DNA of 51,878 nucleotides from Trichinella spiralis (Eukaryota): NCBI RefSeq assembly GCF_000181795.1, contig NW_003526946.1, positions 485,668 to 537,545 of the forward strand, read 5' to 3'. Shown piece by piece: positions 51,524 to 51,878 of this stretch (position 1 is its first letter; each line of letters starts with the position of its first letter). The notes under the pieces were generated by a model. It saw only the letters and a program-made list of their open reading frames with translations, ran no database searches and was not told where the DNA came from. The position numbers and the translations under genes were made by a program.

Positions 51524-51878
51524 ATGCCTCCTCGACGATAATAGTGTCAGATACCGTTCGACCGACCAGTTCCGAGTTATTTGCAACCCATTGCTGCTTC
51601 ATCTATGTGATGTCGAAAAAGCTTCCTACAGCGTGTTTCAAATATCGGCGATGCGTTCCACATGAGGTCGACGCGAGCTGCCATGAGATGACTTATTATA
51701 GGCCCATGGGAAACTGAGAGAGTAAATATTGTAAATGACGCCGTCTCCTCGCGACATGCAACTCGCACGCTATTAATCTTAAATATTGAATCGACAGAGT
51801 ACTCGACGGGTTGTGTCTTGTGCTGATACACTACGACCGAGTAGTGAAGGAGCAGGAAAGATCTTACGCCTAGCGTTC
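51524..51878. other. Probable low-quality read tail or non-native sequence at the contig end
   Basis: The match to 7090-7160 degrades with single-base insertions (CATAAATCTCCCGGAAACCG vs CATAATCTCCGAAACCG), then turns into near-uniform-composition sequence without the homopolymer runs seen elsewhere. Confidence 0.6.

Overview
AT-rich, intron-containing nematode DNA, almost certainly Trichinella (clade I). The evidence is two paralogues of the Trichinella-type secreted DNase II/plancitoxin family, 47-90 nt GT-AG introns and TTTCAG acceptors. Two 10-N gaps (7080-7089, 12870-12879) split the window into three contigs that look mis-ordered. Contig 1 (1-7079) is a decayed Buster/Charlie hAT transposon followed by a near-identical second copy of 21802-~26730. 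A vasa/DDX4-like gene is split: its RG/FG-repeat 5' half is at 7090-7973 and its helicase half at 49885-~51520. Other features are an intronless REEP5/YOP1, a 182-bp hAT MITE, a convergent DNase II pair, a multi-isoform AMPK gamma gene, MOCS2A, and ALKBH8 with an intronic tRNA-Pro(TGG). The most novel candidate is a MOCS2A ORF that appears to be spliced into the 5' leader of the AMPK-gamma transcript (putative bicistronic mRNA or operon). All exon models were derived by hand from splice signals and reading frame and are not transcript-verified.
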